Positions 48,401-58,496 of a DNA stretch of 64,000 nt are shown one piece after another. Source of the stretch: Callorhinchus milii (Eukaryota); the NCBI RefSeq assembly GCF_018977255.1, contig NW_024704742.1, forward strand, positions 102,736,001 through 102,800,000, written 5' to 3'. Below the pieces are notes generated by a model. The model had not been told where the DNA came from. It saw nothing but the letters and a program-made list of their open reading frames with translations, and made no database searches. The position numbers and the translations under genes are program-made. The number at the start of each line of letters is the position of its first letter. Within the stretch, counting starts at the first letter, position 1.

Positions 48401-48625
48401 AATCTTATTGGTTTATCCAGAGAAATGATTTTCTCCCGTGGTTTTGTTCCTGATGAAACTTTTTCTTTTTTTTCTTACTCACCAATTGCTGGCATGTTAG
48501 AAAGTGCCACAAACTCCGAACGGTGCACAAGCCTAATGTCAAAGGTTGCTTTCATATGAGGTTCATCGAAGCAGGGGAAAACTGATCTGGCATGTGTTGG
48601 CTCCATCTGTGTTACAGCAAGAATT
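6296..48625 (-). CDS. LVRN: M1 family zinc aminopeptidase, laeverin/aminopeptidase Q-like (coding exons 2-20; exon 1 not found in window)
   Basis: 19 exons join in frame (2284 nt). Motifs [28 protein letters not shown](X)18E and [10 protein letters not shown]. Exon sizes match the ANPEP/LVRN architecture as recalled. [22 protein letters not shown] and [18 protein letters not shown] resemble LVRN more than ANPEP. Family call is strong; orthology is less certain. Confidence 0.8.
7480..8080 (-). mobile_element. decayed CR1-like RT fragments
   Basis: [15 protein letters not shown] peptide; ggcctatagt (NYRP-like); degenerate. Confidence 0.5.
8225..8550 (+). mobile_element. L2 LINE 3' fragment
   Basis: ctctactggctccc..ttcaaaatcctc (LHWLP..FKIL) signature. 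Confidence 0.8.
8655..9075 (-). mobile_element. L2 LINE 3' fragment
   Basis: reverse-complement match to the other L2 copies. Confidence 0.7.
9122..9203 (-). CDS. LVRN: aminopeptidase exon 19 (82 nt)
   Basis: atag|..|gtatgg; [27 protein letters not shown]. Confidence 0.92.
9630..9915 (-). mobile_element. Deu-domain SINE, 5'-truncated
   Basis: cgaatagtgccaggggatctttaatgtcc Deu core plus L2-type tail. Confidence 0.75.
10605..10820. mobile_element. palindromic MITE-like repeat (family with many copies in window)
   Basis: perfect 20-bp IR 10685-10704/10738-10757; related copies near 10360, 18360, 31290, 42450, 52470, 59670, 60140. Confidence 0.65.
10932..11072 (-). CDS. LVRN: aminopeptidase exon 18 (141 nt)
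   Basis: acag|..|gtaagt; [46 protein letters not shown]. Confidence 0.95.
11838..12865 (-). mobile_element. internally deleted L2 (APE endonuclease fragment fused to 3' tail), interrupted by another L2
   Basis: [19 protein letters not shown] / [18 protein letters not shown]. Confidence 0.85.
12068..12645 (+). mobile_element. L2 LINE 3' end nested in the above
   Basis: [18 protein letters not shown] coding remnant; (ttg)n tail. Confidence 0.9.
12933..13100 (-). CDS. LVRN: aminopeptidase exon 17 (168 nt)
   Basis: tcag|..|gtattg; [26 protein letters not shown]...[15 protein letters not shown]. Confidence 0.95.
13417..13680. mobile_element. putative non-autonomous DNA transposon interrupting a SINE tail
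   Basis: imperfect TIR ggggttgaaaatg / caatgtcaacccc; SINE tail sequence precedes it and appears to resume after it. Confidence 0.45.
14600..14710 (-). CDS. LVRN: aminopeptidase exon 16 (111 nt)
   Basis: gcag|..|gtaagt; [36 protein letters not shown] (conserved Cys pair). Confidence 0.94.
15590..15695 (+). mobile_element. hairpin module related to the unidentified A-tailed retroposon
   Basis: cttggagcagagctggctctaatccaaggtgacatgcttggcaatggaatgtcagat. Confidence 0.7.
15962..16050 (-). CDS. LVRN: aminopeptidase exon 15 (89 nt)
   Basis: tcag|..|gtaagt; [29 protein letters not shown]; phases (0 to 2) fit both neighbours. Confidence 0.88.
16300..16720 (-). mobile_element. full-length Deu-domain tRNA-SINE
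   Basis: head tggctcagttggtagcactc..gggttcaagcccc (A/B boxes), Deu core, L2-type tail. Confidence 0.88.
17479..17626 (-). CDS. LVRN: aminopeptidase exon 14 (148 nt)
   Basis: acag|..|gtagga; [49 protein letters not shown]. Confidence 0.94.
17848..18280 (-). mobile_element. full-length Deu-domain tRNA-SINE
   Basis: same head/core/tail arrangement as 16300-16720. Confidence 0.85.
18851..18906 (-). CDS. LVRN: aminopeptidase exon 13 (56 nt)
   Basis: acag|..|gtgagt; [18 protein letters not shown]. Confidence 0.94.
19620..19995 (-). mobile_element. Deu-domain tRNA-SINE
   Basis: aataatgccatgggatcttcaatgtccacctgaac..tcggtttaacatcccatcc. Confidence 0.8.
20780..21605 (+). mobile_element. L2 LINE 3' end
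   Basis: [35 protein letters not shown]; (ttg)n tail. Confidence 0.92.
22500..22780 (+). repeat. degenerate ~65-bp tandem repeat in Helitron 5' coding region
   Basis: recurring ggacttggacacagaaag..tgcaaga..ggcaaaat..caaagaacag units. Confidence 0.8.
23803..24087 (+). mobile_element. L2 3' end inserted in Helitron Rep domain
   Basis: L2 tail with (gtt)n; Helitron peptide ..LIARVF resumes as ..[12 protein letters not shown]. Confidence 0.88.
25030..25212 (+). mobile_element. SINE 3' half adjacent to exon 12 donor
   Basis: ggtcactcaatcc..ctatatcaaatgcaaggatt(att)n-type tail. Confidence 0.85.
25251..25387 (-). CDS. LVRN: aminopeptidase exon 12 (137 nt)
   Basis: gtag|..|gtaagt; [45 protein letters not shown]. 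Confidence 0.94.
25975..26460 (-). mobile_element. L2 LINE 3' end
   Basis: (caa)n tail on + strand; LHWLP region on - strand. Confidence 0.88.
26480..26731 (-). mobile_element. young tRNA(Ala)-derived CORE-like SINE, internally deleted
   Basis: near-identical head and tail to 58183-58496. Confidence 0.9.
27125..27236. mobile_element. Tc1/mariner-type MITE (diverged copy)
   Basis: caggatgaccaaaaag..ctttttggtcacctg; inverted relative to 34191-34306. Confidence 0.8.
27541..27617 (-). CDS. LVRN: aminopeptidase exon 11 (77 nt)
   Basis: ttag|..|gttagt; [25 protein letters not shown]. Confidence 0.93.
28795..29640 (+). mobile_element. old tRNA-derived SINE (LF-SINE-like head), split by the insertion above
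   Basis: ggtggtccggttg..ctttcacctc / ctgggtttgaatctagctcagg..gggatgaaagt..aaatgatttggg. Confidence 0.55.
28840..29417 (+). mobile_element. unidentified A-tailed retroposon, copy 2
   Basis: exact 12-bp TSD tactttcacctc (28828-28839/29418-29429); A-rich 3' end. Confidence 0.85.
30741..30904 (-). CDS. LVRN: aminopeptidase exon 10 (164 nt)
   Basis: ctag|..|gtacgt; [54 protein letters not shown]. Confidence 0.92.
31615..31985 (-). mobile_element. tRNA-derived CORE-like SINE, long variant
   Basis: ggagtcctgcagctcagtggttagagc head; ttgggcaagtttccttactcc..cctctgtttatctagcagtaag. Confidence 0.88.
33850..34115 (-). mobile_element. CR1 3' end fragment
   Basis: cacagaaacaggccattcggc..ttctcttaaat..ggcagtgagtcc..gtgaagaaattcctcct. 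Confidence 0.75.
34191..34306. mobile_element. Tc1/mariner-type MITE
   Basis: 15-bp perfect TIR CAGGGTGACCAAAAA flanked by TA on both sides. Confidence 0.88.
34409..34775 (+). mobile_element. tRNA-derived CORE-like SINE, long variant
   Basis: gtcctgtaccttagtggttagagc..ggtttgattcc head; tail to (att)n. Confidence 0.88.
37650..37693. repeat. perfect 21-bp palindrome with 2-nt spacer
   Basis: ctctatttacaaatcttaaat-gg-atttaagatttgtaaatagag. Confidence 0.95.
37700..38030 (+). mobile_element. CORE-like SINE lacking A box
   Basis: B box ggttcgatttcc; body and tail match the family. Confidence 0.82.
38713..38875 (+). mobile_element. Penelope-like-element-derived palindromic repeat with minimal hammerhead ribozyme core
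   Basis: 31-bp IR (30/31) 38713-38743/38806-38836 enclosing CTGATGA(38747)..GAAAC GTT(38768). Confidence 0.75.
39287..39352 (-). CDS. LVRN: aminopeptidase exon 9 (66 nt)
   Basis: acag|..|gtgggt; [22 protein letters not shown]. Confidence 0.95.
39600..40110 (-). mobile_element. L2 LINE 3' fragment
   Basis: [21 protein letters not shown]. Confidence 0.82.
40304..40369 (-). CDS. LVRN: aminopeptidase exon 8 (66 nt)
   Basis: acag|..|gtgagt; [22 protein letters not shown]. Confidence 0.95.
40603..40746 (-). CDS. LVRN: aminopeptidase exon 7 (144 nt; catalytic Tyr)
   Basis: ttag|..|gtaaat; [48 protein letters not shown]. Confidence 0.95.
41311..41424 (-). CDS. LVRN: aminopeptidase exon 6 (114 nt; third Zn ligand)
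   Basis: gaag|..|gtaaga; [38 protein letters not shown]. Confidence 0.95.
41850..42290 (+). mobile_element. L2 LINE 3' end
   Basis: closely similar to 21170-21605; (ttg)n tail. Confidence 0.88.
44376..44530 (-). CDS. LVRN: aminopeptidase exon 5 (155 nt; SAMEN and HEXXH; GC donor)
   Basis: gtag|..CAG|gcacgt; [51 protein letters not shown]. Confidence 0.93.
44900..45570 (+). mobile_element. L2 LINE 3' end
   Basis: ORF 45016-45489 [28 protein letters not shown]. Confidence 0.93.
45640..45925 (-). mobile_element. Deu-domain SINE, decayed
   Basis: gcactgcactggagtgtgagcctagattatg..gagagtgctac. Confidence 0.7.
46081..46207 (-). CDS. LVRN: aminopeptidase exon 4 (127 nt)
   Basis: tcag|..|gtaagg; [42 protein letters not shown]. 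Confidence 0.95.
46916..47052 (-). CDS. LVRN: aminopeptidase exon 3 (137 nt)
   Basis: ttag|..|gtaaat; [45 protein letters not shown]. Confidence 0.95.
48483..48625 (-). CDS. LVRN: aminopeptidase exon 2 (143 nt)
   Basis: ttag|..|gtgagt; [47 protein letters not shown]. Confidence 0.95.
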
Positions 48626-48984
48626 CTAATTGGGGAAAAATGCAACTGATTACTATGCCTTTCACTTAATATTTATGATATTAAGGCTTGTAAATGCTTA
48701 ATAACAGTGTAACAAGGAAGTAAAAAGCCATTCAGCACATGGGGCCTGTTTATTCCAACAGACTGTATCAATCTGCAAGGACAGCTGAACAAATTGAATT
48801 TTCCTAAAACATTTAATGTTGAAAAGCCACAGGTAAAGCTTTCAAGAAGTTAAAACTCTGGAACATTTCTCCATCGCTCTCCTCCTCCCTCCATCCAAAT
48901 AATAATAAAATAGTAATTGCATTGGGTATAATGGGAGGATGTAATTCCAACTTAATCTGGTGAAATTCCATTCGTAATGGAAAG

Positions 48985-49195
48985 CTTTTGGCTCTTGCCA
49001 ATTTTTGCCCATAACTTTCCAAAATTAGGAAAGCAGAGTGCTTACCTCCATGAAAGAGTACACGCTCCATTTCCAGACAAATAGAAATTTCCATGCAGAT
49101 CCGTGTGGAACTCTTAGTGGTTTGAATGGATATTCTTAAGCATGGTGATGGGTTTCCATGTGAGTCAGACACCCAGCTCAGCAAAAATAAAAATA
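48985..49195 (+). mobile_element. unidentified A-tailed retroposon, copy 3 (5'-truncated)
   Basis: tcttaagcatggtgatgggtttccatgtgagtcagacacccagct..aaaaataaaa. Confidence 0.75.
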
Positions 49196-49591
49196 GCTAA
49201 ACTCCAATACACTATTTCAACATTAGAATATTTGTATTCAATCCTGATCTGTTGTACATATAACAATTCCAGCAACTCTTTACATTTCAAGTGACTTGAA
49301 GAAAACAAGGTCCAATCAACAGAAGCAAACAAAATAATCCACTGGGAAATTGTTTCTATCTGCATCCAATGTTACATAAATCACTTGCCTTCCATGAAGC
49401 TGGCTCAACTTCCCTGGTGCTGATTGAAGACTGGAAGCCTCATTCTCTGCAGCTGCTTCCAGTTTTTACCGTACACAAATAATATTTGATATAGGACCTT
49501 ATCACTCTTCGAGACGTCTTGAAGCGCTTCACAGAGGGATTATTTTTAGGCATGTGGAGTAAGGAAACTTGCCCAAGGTTTCGCCCTGCCT

Positions 49592-49935
49592 GTACTCTTG
49601 CTTCTGAATTAGAAGGTTGTGGGTTCAAGCCCCACAACAGGACTTTAAACTCACATAAGACTGACACTTCAATACAATACTTCAATGCTGGGTTGGGTGG
49701 GGGCTGGTTCTCTGCCTTGCTTGTGGTGCCATCCTTTGGATAAGATGTTAAAACGAGGTCTGTCTGCTGTTTCAGGTGGATGTTAAAGATAGCATGATAA
49801 TATTGGAAACATGAAGGGATTTTCTCCCATTGCCTTGTCCAAAAATCCCCTGGATAAAATTCATCATTCACTCCATAGCTGTTTGTGAAACATTATGTGT
49901 GCAAAATTGGCTGTTTTGTTTGCCTACAAAATTAC
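49592..49935 (+). mobile_element. Deu-domain tRNA-SINE
   Basis: agaaggttgtgggttcaagcccc..gtgccatcctttggataagatgttaaaacgagg..ttcaggtggatgttaaagat. Confidence 0.85.
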
Positions 49936-49984
49936 ACAATACCTAAATTTTACATGAAATCCTCTGCAGTGCTTTGAGATTTAA

Positions 49985-50290
49985 TATAATAATCCTTGCA
50001 TTTGATATAGCGCTTTTCACATCTTCTTGATTGCTCAAAGCGCTTCACAGAATATATTGTAGTGAATTGACTGTATATTTTGCGGGCGAAACGCGGCAGC
50101 CAATTGCCCACAGCAGTGTCCCACGAACGGTCATGGATTGGAGTGACCAATTTATTATTGTTTTTTTTTCTGAGGGATTATTATCAGGCATGTAGAGTAA
50201 GAAAACTTGCCCAAGGTTTCGCCCTGCTGGAAATCAAACCCAGGTCTCTCGCTTGCCAGGCGAGTGCTCTAACCATTGAGCTACAGGATG
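49985..50290 (-). mobile_element. tRNA-derived CORE-like SINE
   Basis: full head and tail. Confidence 0.9.
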
Positions 50291-52610
50291 TTCTCTTGAC
50301 GTGAAAGGTGTTATATCAAATGCAAGGATTACTGTCTGAGGTCTCATTCACTGTAAAGTACAGAAAGATGGAGTCAAGTTTGGTTCCAACAGAGCTCTGG
50401 AGAGATGGTATGGTTTAGTTTCTACATAAAAGTCAAAGGTACAGTACTACTGTGAATAAGGACACCTTTCGATAAATGTGCCTGTAGTTTTTTTATACCT
50501 CCTCTCATCCTGGATTCAGTTTAAAGTACATATGTTACAAGACATGCCTATATCCACGTTAACCATGCTTTCCAGCATTTCAGAGCATAGCAAACTGGCT
50601 TTAACATCAATGGAACTGCTGTGAATACAGAGGAAGTCTACCAAAAGTGTGAAATTGGTGATTAATCAACCAGCAAACTCAAATATCAAGCAGCTGTGGA
50701 TGTACATAATGTAAGTGTGTTCTTCCTATCAGTTCCATGTTTTTCAAAAGCAAAAGTCAACATTAATTTCTATGGAAACACTTCTAACATGAAATAGGGT
50801 ATTAGAAAGAAAGAAGCACCTTATCAAACCTCCAAATAATTATTGTCATGTGGTAGTGGCTGCTTTTGTAGGCAAACTCAGCTGCCATTTTGCACACTGC
50901 AAAGTCACACAAGCAGCCATAAGCTAAAAATGCTCAATCTATCTGGCAGATTTATCAAGGGAAGGGTTTCCCTTTAGCCATTTATACAATCAATACAATT
51001 CACATGGCACATTTCACATTGGGAATTTCACTGCTGGGCACCAGAGCCACAACACCAGGAGAAACTCCTTTCTCTTTCAAACAATGTCATGGGATCTTCA
51101 AAGTTAACTGAAGCACAGACAGATAGGACCTTGCTTTTATGCCACCTCTGACAATACAGCATTCCCACAGCATTAGTGTCAGTCCAAACTATGAGCTGAG
51201 ATTCTGACATCAAATTTAAATATGTAATTTTCTAACCCAGATTCAAGGGTGTTAACAACTAAGCCAAGAATATCAATGCAGGGAACCTATTCTAAGTAAT
51301 GAACTCTTGTTGGTAGCATTGAATTAGGTTTGAGCATGACCCATCATTGAACGATGATCAATTCTCTACTAACCAATGGCTAAACCTGATGGATATTGGT
51401 GAGGTTGGATAGGATAAGGGTGAGAGGGAGGTGACCATAGGCTCCATCAAAGAAGCAAGTCTTTGGGATTTAAAGATAGGTAAAGAGGGGCTTGTGGTAA
51501 AGGGATTGAGGCAGGGAGTTTGAGGGTTTAGGTAGAAAGTGTCTGAAAGTACAGCCACTGATGGTGGGCAAAGGGGTCAGCGATGTGCACATAGGCCTGT
51601 ATTAGCTGAGCAGAGGAGTAAGGTACAAATCAGTTAGAGAGGTAGGGAGGTGCTAGGGCATGACGGGATTTATATAATATGTGCAGTGGTGCTACAGCTT
51701 GTATGTGTGACTAATCAGCCTTTGGATAAAAAAATATTGGCTTTCCATTTCACGTGTCTTCCCCACACGGAATGCCTGACTTGACCTAAATGGCTCAATT
51801 ACATCCCCATATGTGTTGGCTTTGCTCTTGGCATTTCCTAAGAACTGCTCTTAAGCTAGTGACAAAACAATGTCACCCTGAACCTTACATGTTAGGGATG
51901 TAACTTAGAGAGTGAGACACAGCCAACAGGAACAACCATAAGAATACACTAGGAAATTGTTTCTATCTGCATTCATCATTATCTAAGTTACTTTATTAAA
52001 TGGAGCCACTTTATCAAAATAAAAAAGCAATACATATAACATTTTCAGAACAGTGTCGTATAGTACACTAGATTTGTTCTTTCTTGAACAGACTTGACCT
52101 TTGCTATATAAAGACTATTGTTATTTTGGCAACATCTGGTCATAATGCTTAAAAAAGTACTAAACTAGCCAAGGAAGATTCACTTTTATGGAAAAAAGAA
52201 AGGCAGAACAGACTAAATTATTTTTATGATAGACACCATTATCTGTGTTACATTCAAACTTCAGGCTATTTAAATTATCTATCAAAGGGCTTGTCTGGTG
52301 GTGCTTGACAGGGTTCAAACTCCAGATGTGGTTGTCCAAATGTTCAAAACATCTAGTTTTGAGTAATGTTTGAAGGAGGGGAAGGGTCAGACAGTTAAGA
52401 AAGTTCCAACAAAGTATTCGAGTAAGGAGAGGTGATTGAGGCTTGTGTACTCTTCAAGGGCGAAAATTTTTTATGGTTTTGTCCTAAAATTTAAGATTGT
52501 GTGGAATTTTGGAAAATTTGCAAATTCCATCTCAATTTTTAACTCATCAATTTCCAAATTAAGAGTAAATTAAAAAAAAAAACACTTTTATACCATCTTA
52601 CTGTTTAAGG

Positions 52611-52834
52611 CAGTGGTGGCCAATCCATGACCCGTAGGCCAAAAGTGACCCCCCCCCCCAAACATTCGGACTAGTCTAGGTAAGTCCGTGTTTAATCAAT
52701 GGTGTGTTTCCAGTTTTTTCTTGATTGAATATTTCTTGATTGAATATTTCTCAATTTATGGCATAAATAAATAAATAAATATTCAAACAAGAAAATGTAT
52801 TTCGTAGGCTGATCAAAAAGGTTGGCCACCACTG
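52611..52834. mobile_element. hAT-type MITE
   Basis: 13-bp TIR CAGTGGTGGCCAA; 8-bp TSD gtttaagg/gattaagg (7/8). Confidence 0.85.
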
Positions 52835-53967
52835 GATTAAGGTAACAGGGCCCACAATCGTTCCACCTGTTTATACTTATACCTTATTATTGCTGGGTTC
52901 AGCTTTCAGTCCTGGTCACAAACACCAGCTCCTCACCCTTCAACAACAGCTCTATACAGTGAATGAGACCATGTGGAACTGAAAGTACATCGTCCCGATG
53001 TGAAAGGCATTATACAAATGTAATTTTGTTGCTGTTGTGGGGAGATCCTTGTGTGTTTTATTCTGGCTGTCCCAACAAGGCTGTTTCCCATGAATATGTA
53101 GATAAGCCAAGTGACAAGTACGCCAATTAATTCCAGATCTGGTTGTGATTGGACACGAGTAGGGAAAAAAATCTTTGCATATAATATAGCGCCTTATACA
53201 AATGGAATTTTGTTGTTGTTGATATCAGTTATCACATTTTTGACACGTCTCAAATTGTTTTACAGGATATACAGTAAAGTGGTGTGACTGTGTATTTTTG
53301 GGGCAAACCCAGCAGCCCATTTGCGCACAGCAATACCCCACAGAACAGCTATGGAGAGAGTGACCAATTTTATCCTGGGAATAGTTGGTCAGGACACCGG
53401 GAAAAATTCTCTTCTCTTTTAGAATAGTGCCATGGAGCATTTAACATCTCAACCTGAACAAGGCAGAGATGTTAAATGTTCCATGAATCTTGGTTTTATG
53501 TTTAGTTTAATCTAAAGAATGTTGTTAGATTTGAGCCCACGTGGAATTGTCATTCATTTGGTACAGATTGGCAATTTCATAGAAAGACCACAGGCATTGG
53601 AAAATTGGCACTGGTGCAATAGGAGTTAAGAGACTCTGAGACACTCTGATGGAGCAGAATACAAGGAAGGCTGCATTTGACTTTGGACTTTTCATTTCTG
53701 ACACTGGGTGAAAAAGAGGAAAATTATTTAATTCCCCAGGATTGAGATCCTTCCCCCACAACACACACAAACTCCTCCTCCCCCTCCAGCCCCATCCTCA
53801 AAGACTTGTATGAAAACTCCAAAGAAATATGATGGACTTTAAGGATAGAAAGAAAATAATTGAGAAATATAAACAGTTGTAAATTATACAGCGAGTCAAT
53901 TAGCATCTGAAAGAGAAAGATAGGTTAATGTTTTGTGTTAGAACTTTCACTTTAATATAGAATTTGT

Positions 53968-54497
53968 CTTGGCAACGGAATGTCAGAATCAAGCTCTGTG
54001 GTGTCTCGGTAGTCCAGTTCTTGAGCGGGTCTGCAGTATTCTGATGACAGCATAGCCAGTCTGGCTCATTGGCAGGACTTGGAAGGGCAGACCAGTCACT
54101 GGGGGCAGGGAATCATCCCACTCAGCTCCTGTTACTCCCGCAAGCCAAAGCCCAAGCAGGTTGGGTGGTCCTAGTTGGCCAAGCAGCAGAAAAGCTTGCC
54201 AAACAGCGATATCAATGGCAAGGTATGCAGTTTCAACTGGTTAGACTCCAACAGTACACCAACGCACACTAAGGGGTCCCCAAGCCTTGGCGCTTGCCAA
54301 CCTGTGCCTGATACTTTCCAGATTTAGGTAAGCAGGAGGCTTCCCTCCAGAGATAGCGTGCACATTCCATTCCAACAATCTACCTCTGGAATTTCCATGT
54401 GTCAGTGGGATGCGTGAAATTCTCAGTTTGGTTTAGATGATCTTAGGCATGGTAATGGGTTTCCACATTTGTCAGACATCCGGCTGTCAAAAAAAAT
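53968..54497 (+). mobile_element. unidentified A-tailed retroposon, copy 4
   Basis: colinear with 28910-29413; ends gacatccggctgtc-A8. Confidence 0.82.
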
Positions 54498-54884
54498 TGT
54501 GTCTGTCGACTTGCATTACGTTCTTTTTGTATAAACACAGTTCTGCTGCTACAGTTACAGAATTAGTGCAAAGGATTGAATGAGCGTGATGGTGTGAGGG
54601 AGTTGAGTTATTAATCAATAAACTTGTTGACTGAATCCTCTTCAGCAATCTTATCTTTTCAACTGTCTCAGTGGTTAGTCCAGCTGCTCACACTGTTGTG
54701 TTTTGTGATTAATAACTACTGCCAGCAATGATGTAATAGCACACCCAGTTTAAACACAAATATTTCAAACCACCACCACATAAACACAAGAAACCTAATT
54801 ATGTCAAAGCAATTATTAACTATTTGACTCCTTTTCTAGAAGACAAACCAGTTCTTACACAGCATTACATTAATCAAAATAACA

Positions 54885-54931
54885 ATCATAATCCTTGCAT
54901 CTGATATAATGCCTTACATATCAAAATACTG

Positions 54932-54972
<41 letters not shown>

Positions 54973-54987
54973 TTCCACAGAGTTTTC

Positions 54988-55032
<45 letters not shown>

Positions 55033-55350
55033 CTGAAATGTTCACAGAGTTTTCTGTAAAGTGAGGTGAGGTGTGTATTTTGTAGGTGAATTTAGCAGCC
55101 AATTTGCACACAGCAATATAGCAAAGTTCCACAAACAGCCATGAAATAAATTATTTTTATTTTGCCTGTGGGATTGTTGGCAAGGACACTGGGAGAACCA
55201 CGCTTCTCTTTTTAAACAGTGCAATGGGATATTTTAACGTACACCTGAACAGCAAACAAGACCTTGATTTAACCTCTCATCCTGTGAACTGTACCTCTGA
55301 CAATACAGTTGTCCCCATTATTGCATTAGAGTATCAGTCTCAATCATGAG
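54885..55350 (-). mobile_element. Deu-domain SINE carrying an A39/T37 insertion
   Basis: tail and Deu core recognisable either side of the homopolymers. Confidence 0.75.
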
Positions 55351-55759
55351 TTTGTATTGTGTTTGTATTCCTTTTCAATATCCTCCACACAACTCTCTCA
55401 GACACATAATGTATGTACACACACACACACACACACACGTCCAATCACATGCTTTTATCATAGGTACCACTAGCTAAAATGTATGTGCACAGTTGAGGTA
55501 ACCATTTTCAATAAACATATTCTCCCTTCTAGATTTCTGTAACTGCTTACATAAACACAGCAAACCTTGTTTTTCTATAATTGATGTAGTGTGTAAAAAA
55601 AATGCATGGAATTAAATGTTATATCTTAATTATATTATTAAGAATACAATAAACAACTCAAAATGTAACCTTCAATATGGCCCATGTCTAGAATCAGAAG
55701 AACCTCCTGCATAGCTCCTGTCAGCACTTTCACACCTCAGGTTCTGACAGCACTAATCT

Positions 55760-56405
55760 GGATGGATGCACACTCCACCTCATGGAGCCGGGGCAGAAAC
55801 TCAGTGTCTTGTTTGACTCCTTGACAGTTTGATAATTGTCTTACAAACCCCACATTTATGCTCTTACTCGCTCAGCTTTCCCTCCACCTCAGTAACATTG
55901 CCCACCGCTGGCACTACGTTTCCCCTCAGGCAACCGAGACCCTCAACCATGGTTTTGACAAGTTCTGGCTTGACTATGTTAATGTTCCACTCACCAGACT
56001 CTGCGGCAATTCCTTCCAGAAGCTGCAGACTATCCAGAACTCTGCAGCTCATATCGTCTCCCATAATAATAATAATCATGAGTCCCACAACAGGCCCATT
56101 AGCTTCCCATCCCTGTCTGATCGAGTTCAAGATTCTCATTCTCATCTTCAAATCCCTCCATGGACTCATCCTAACCTCCTCAAATCATACCAATCCAGCC
56201 ATTCCCTTGGCTCAACAAGCACCAGCCTGCTTCACAGCCCCTGTGCAGGTGGGCTTCCAGCCATTCTGCCCCAACTCTCTGGAACTCCAGAGTCCCTCTA
56301 ACTTGCTCCCTCACTCACCTTGTTCAAGGTCTGTCTCATCATATACCTCTTCGACCTCTTTGAGATGTCCTCCTGATGTGAAAGGCACTGTATAAATGTA
56401 AATTG
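55760..56405 (+). mobile_element. decayed L2 3' end
   Basis: [30 protein letters not shown]. Confidence 0.82.
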
Positions 56406-58182
56406 TATTGAATCTATCGCAATTATCATTGCATTTTGTAACAGTGTTGAGGAACCATAAACCTGAACACCAATAATCTATATATCCGTTATCTGAATTG
56501 GTTTTCCTGACCTTGAGTGGCAGTTAGTTTTGAGGTGGGAAGTGACACAGACACAGTACAAATAACGGTAAAGAAGTGTAAGGAAGTGCCAGATATTTTT
56601 GCAATCTAATAACATTTTAACAGCAGTCATTTAGGTTTATGCAGGCTGCAGTTTAAACAAAAACAGAAATTATGTGCTATTTCTATGAATCATACTCCAG
56701 CTTTCAAACCTGTTTCTTGAAGGAATGCTAGCAGCACACTTTTTGTAACCGAACTTGGCAATAGCAACTTCATATTTGTCAAATCCAGTATTGATGTGTT
56801 TGGTAGAGCTGTCCAGACTAGCTGACCACAGGGACAAGATCTGAAATCTCAACAAACCATCTATTATATAAGTAGTAGTAATGTGATATAGTAGACTGAA
56901 TTCTTATGAATCTACAGTACTGTATACAACGCCTCAAACTAATAATAATAACTTGCATTTGATATTGTGTCTTATTCAAGTCGAAATGTCTCATAGCACT
57001 TTACAGTTTTTTTTCTGTAAAGTGTAGTGATTGTAGGTGCACCAAACAAAATTATTTAACGGTATCCTATTCATGTGGCACAGGAGTTATCTAAGATCAT
57101 CCTACCCTGTAATGTGTTTGACTTGCAGGTTTGAGGAATACAATTTAAATTCTCATTGATGAGCCAGAAGGGCTGGTCAACTATCAACAATGCTTTAGAT
57201 TCACTATGAATCTGCTTGGCTTTGACAGGAGTGCCTTTCTCAGAGTCACTTCAGCCCCAGCTAGACAACACATACTTCTTCCAAAAGAGGATCCCTTTTA
57301 GACCTGGTAATACTCATTATGTAATATCAACCTGAACTACCAATTAATCTTTCAGATGTCACAACTGTATACACATTCCTGTTAGGCAGCTTCTGCAATT
57401 GTGCGTTAGATGTTTGTCAGACAAATCATTAGCTAAGCCATCTGGAGAGAACAGCCAAGCTGCATCACGTGATAAAACTCATAGCTGGAAACAGCACTGA
57501 TTAGCTCACTGGACCCCCAGTAAGTTGGCTTCCAACAATGCATTCCAAGAACATTTTACGACAAAAGCACATCCAGAACATTGAAACAATGTAAAACAGT
57601 GACGGTTAGGATGTCCCAGTGCCTTGGGACGTCCTCCTGACTTGAAAGTGCTATACAAATGTAATCTGTTGTCGTTGAAATTATTATTTTTGTCTGTGTT
57701 AGCAATCATATATTACTTTATTGTTTCTTGTCTTCTAACATTACAGCCTTGACCAATGGAAGCATTTGGGGGACTTATGTCCAAAGTGCAGCTTTTGTTT
57801 CAATCAGCCGAGCAACTGACATGTACAAAATCCTGCCGTGATGCTTGAAGACTATCTAAACCAGACTGAGAGTTCCACATATGCATGCCACATATGCATG
57901 GAATGGATTTGGCACTTGCTTATTATTGTATGCAGTACTATGTCTGTAGTACTTTACAAGAAAAACATTATATTACTTCTAACCTTAATTGATCTATTAA
58001 CATTTTTTCTTCATTTATGAGGTTAATTTAAATAATCTGTCAACAGATAGATGATAAATACCTTTCAGAATTTTAAAGACTTAAATTATGCCCTCTCTGA
58101 AAACTCTTTTGTTCCAATGTTTGATTCTGATTCAGTTTGGCAGCTCTCTTTTCATAATATAGACTCTGCATATTAGAGTATT

Positions 58183-58496
58183 AATAATAATAATCCTTGC
58201 ATTTGATATAGCGCTTTTCACGTCGGGAGGATGTCCCAAAGCGCTTCACAAAACGCACTGTAAAGTGAATTGACTGTATATTTGTGGGCGAACGCGGCAG
58301 CCAATTGCGCACAGCAATGTCCCAGAAACAGTCGTAGATTGAAAATGACCAATTTATAATTGTTTTTGGTTTTTGGAGGGATTATTATTAGGCGTGTGGA
58401 GTAAGGAAACTTGCCCAAGGTTTTGCCCTGCCTGGAATTGAACTCAGGCCTCTCACTTGCAAAGCGAGCGCTCTAACCACTGAGCTACAGGACTCC
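58183..58496 (-). mobile_element. young full-length tRNA(Ala)-derived CORE-like SINE
   Basis: GGAGTCCTGTAGCTCAGTGGTTAGAGCGCTCGCTTTGCAAG..GAGTTCAATTCC; ccttgggcaagt; CpGs retained. Confidence 0.93.

Noticed and set aside
50499..50618. Possible exon-1 end reading ..IQDERR before a GT
   Set aside because: In-frame TGA six codons upstream, weak donor (gtataa), no upstream similarity.
54914..55132. ORF with poly-Lys and poly-Phe
   Set aside because: Translation of the A/T homopolymers.
58425..58496. tRNA-Ala(TGC)-like sequence (also at about 26660 and 61610)
   Set aside because: No acceptor stem pairing; it is a SINE head continuing into CORE and tail.
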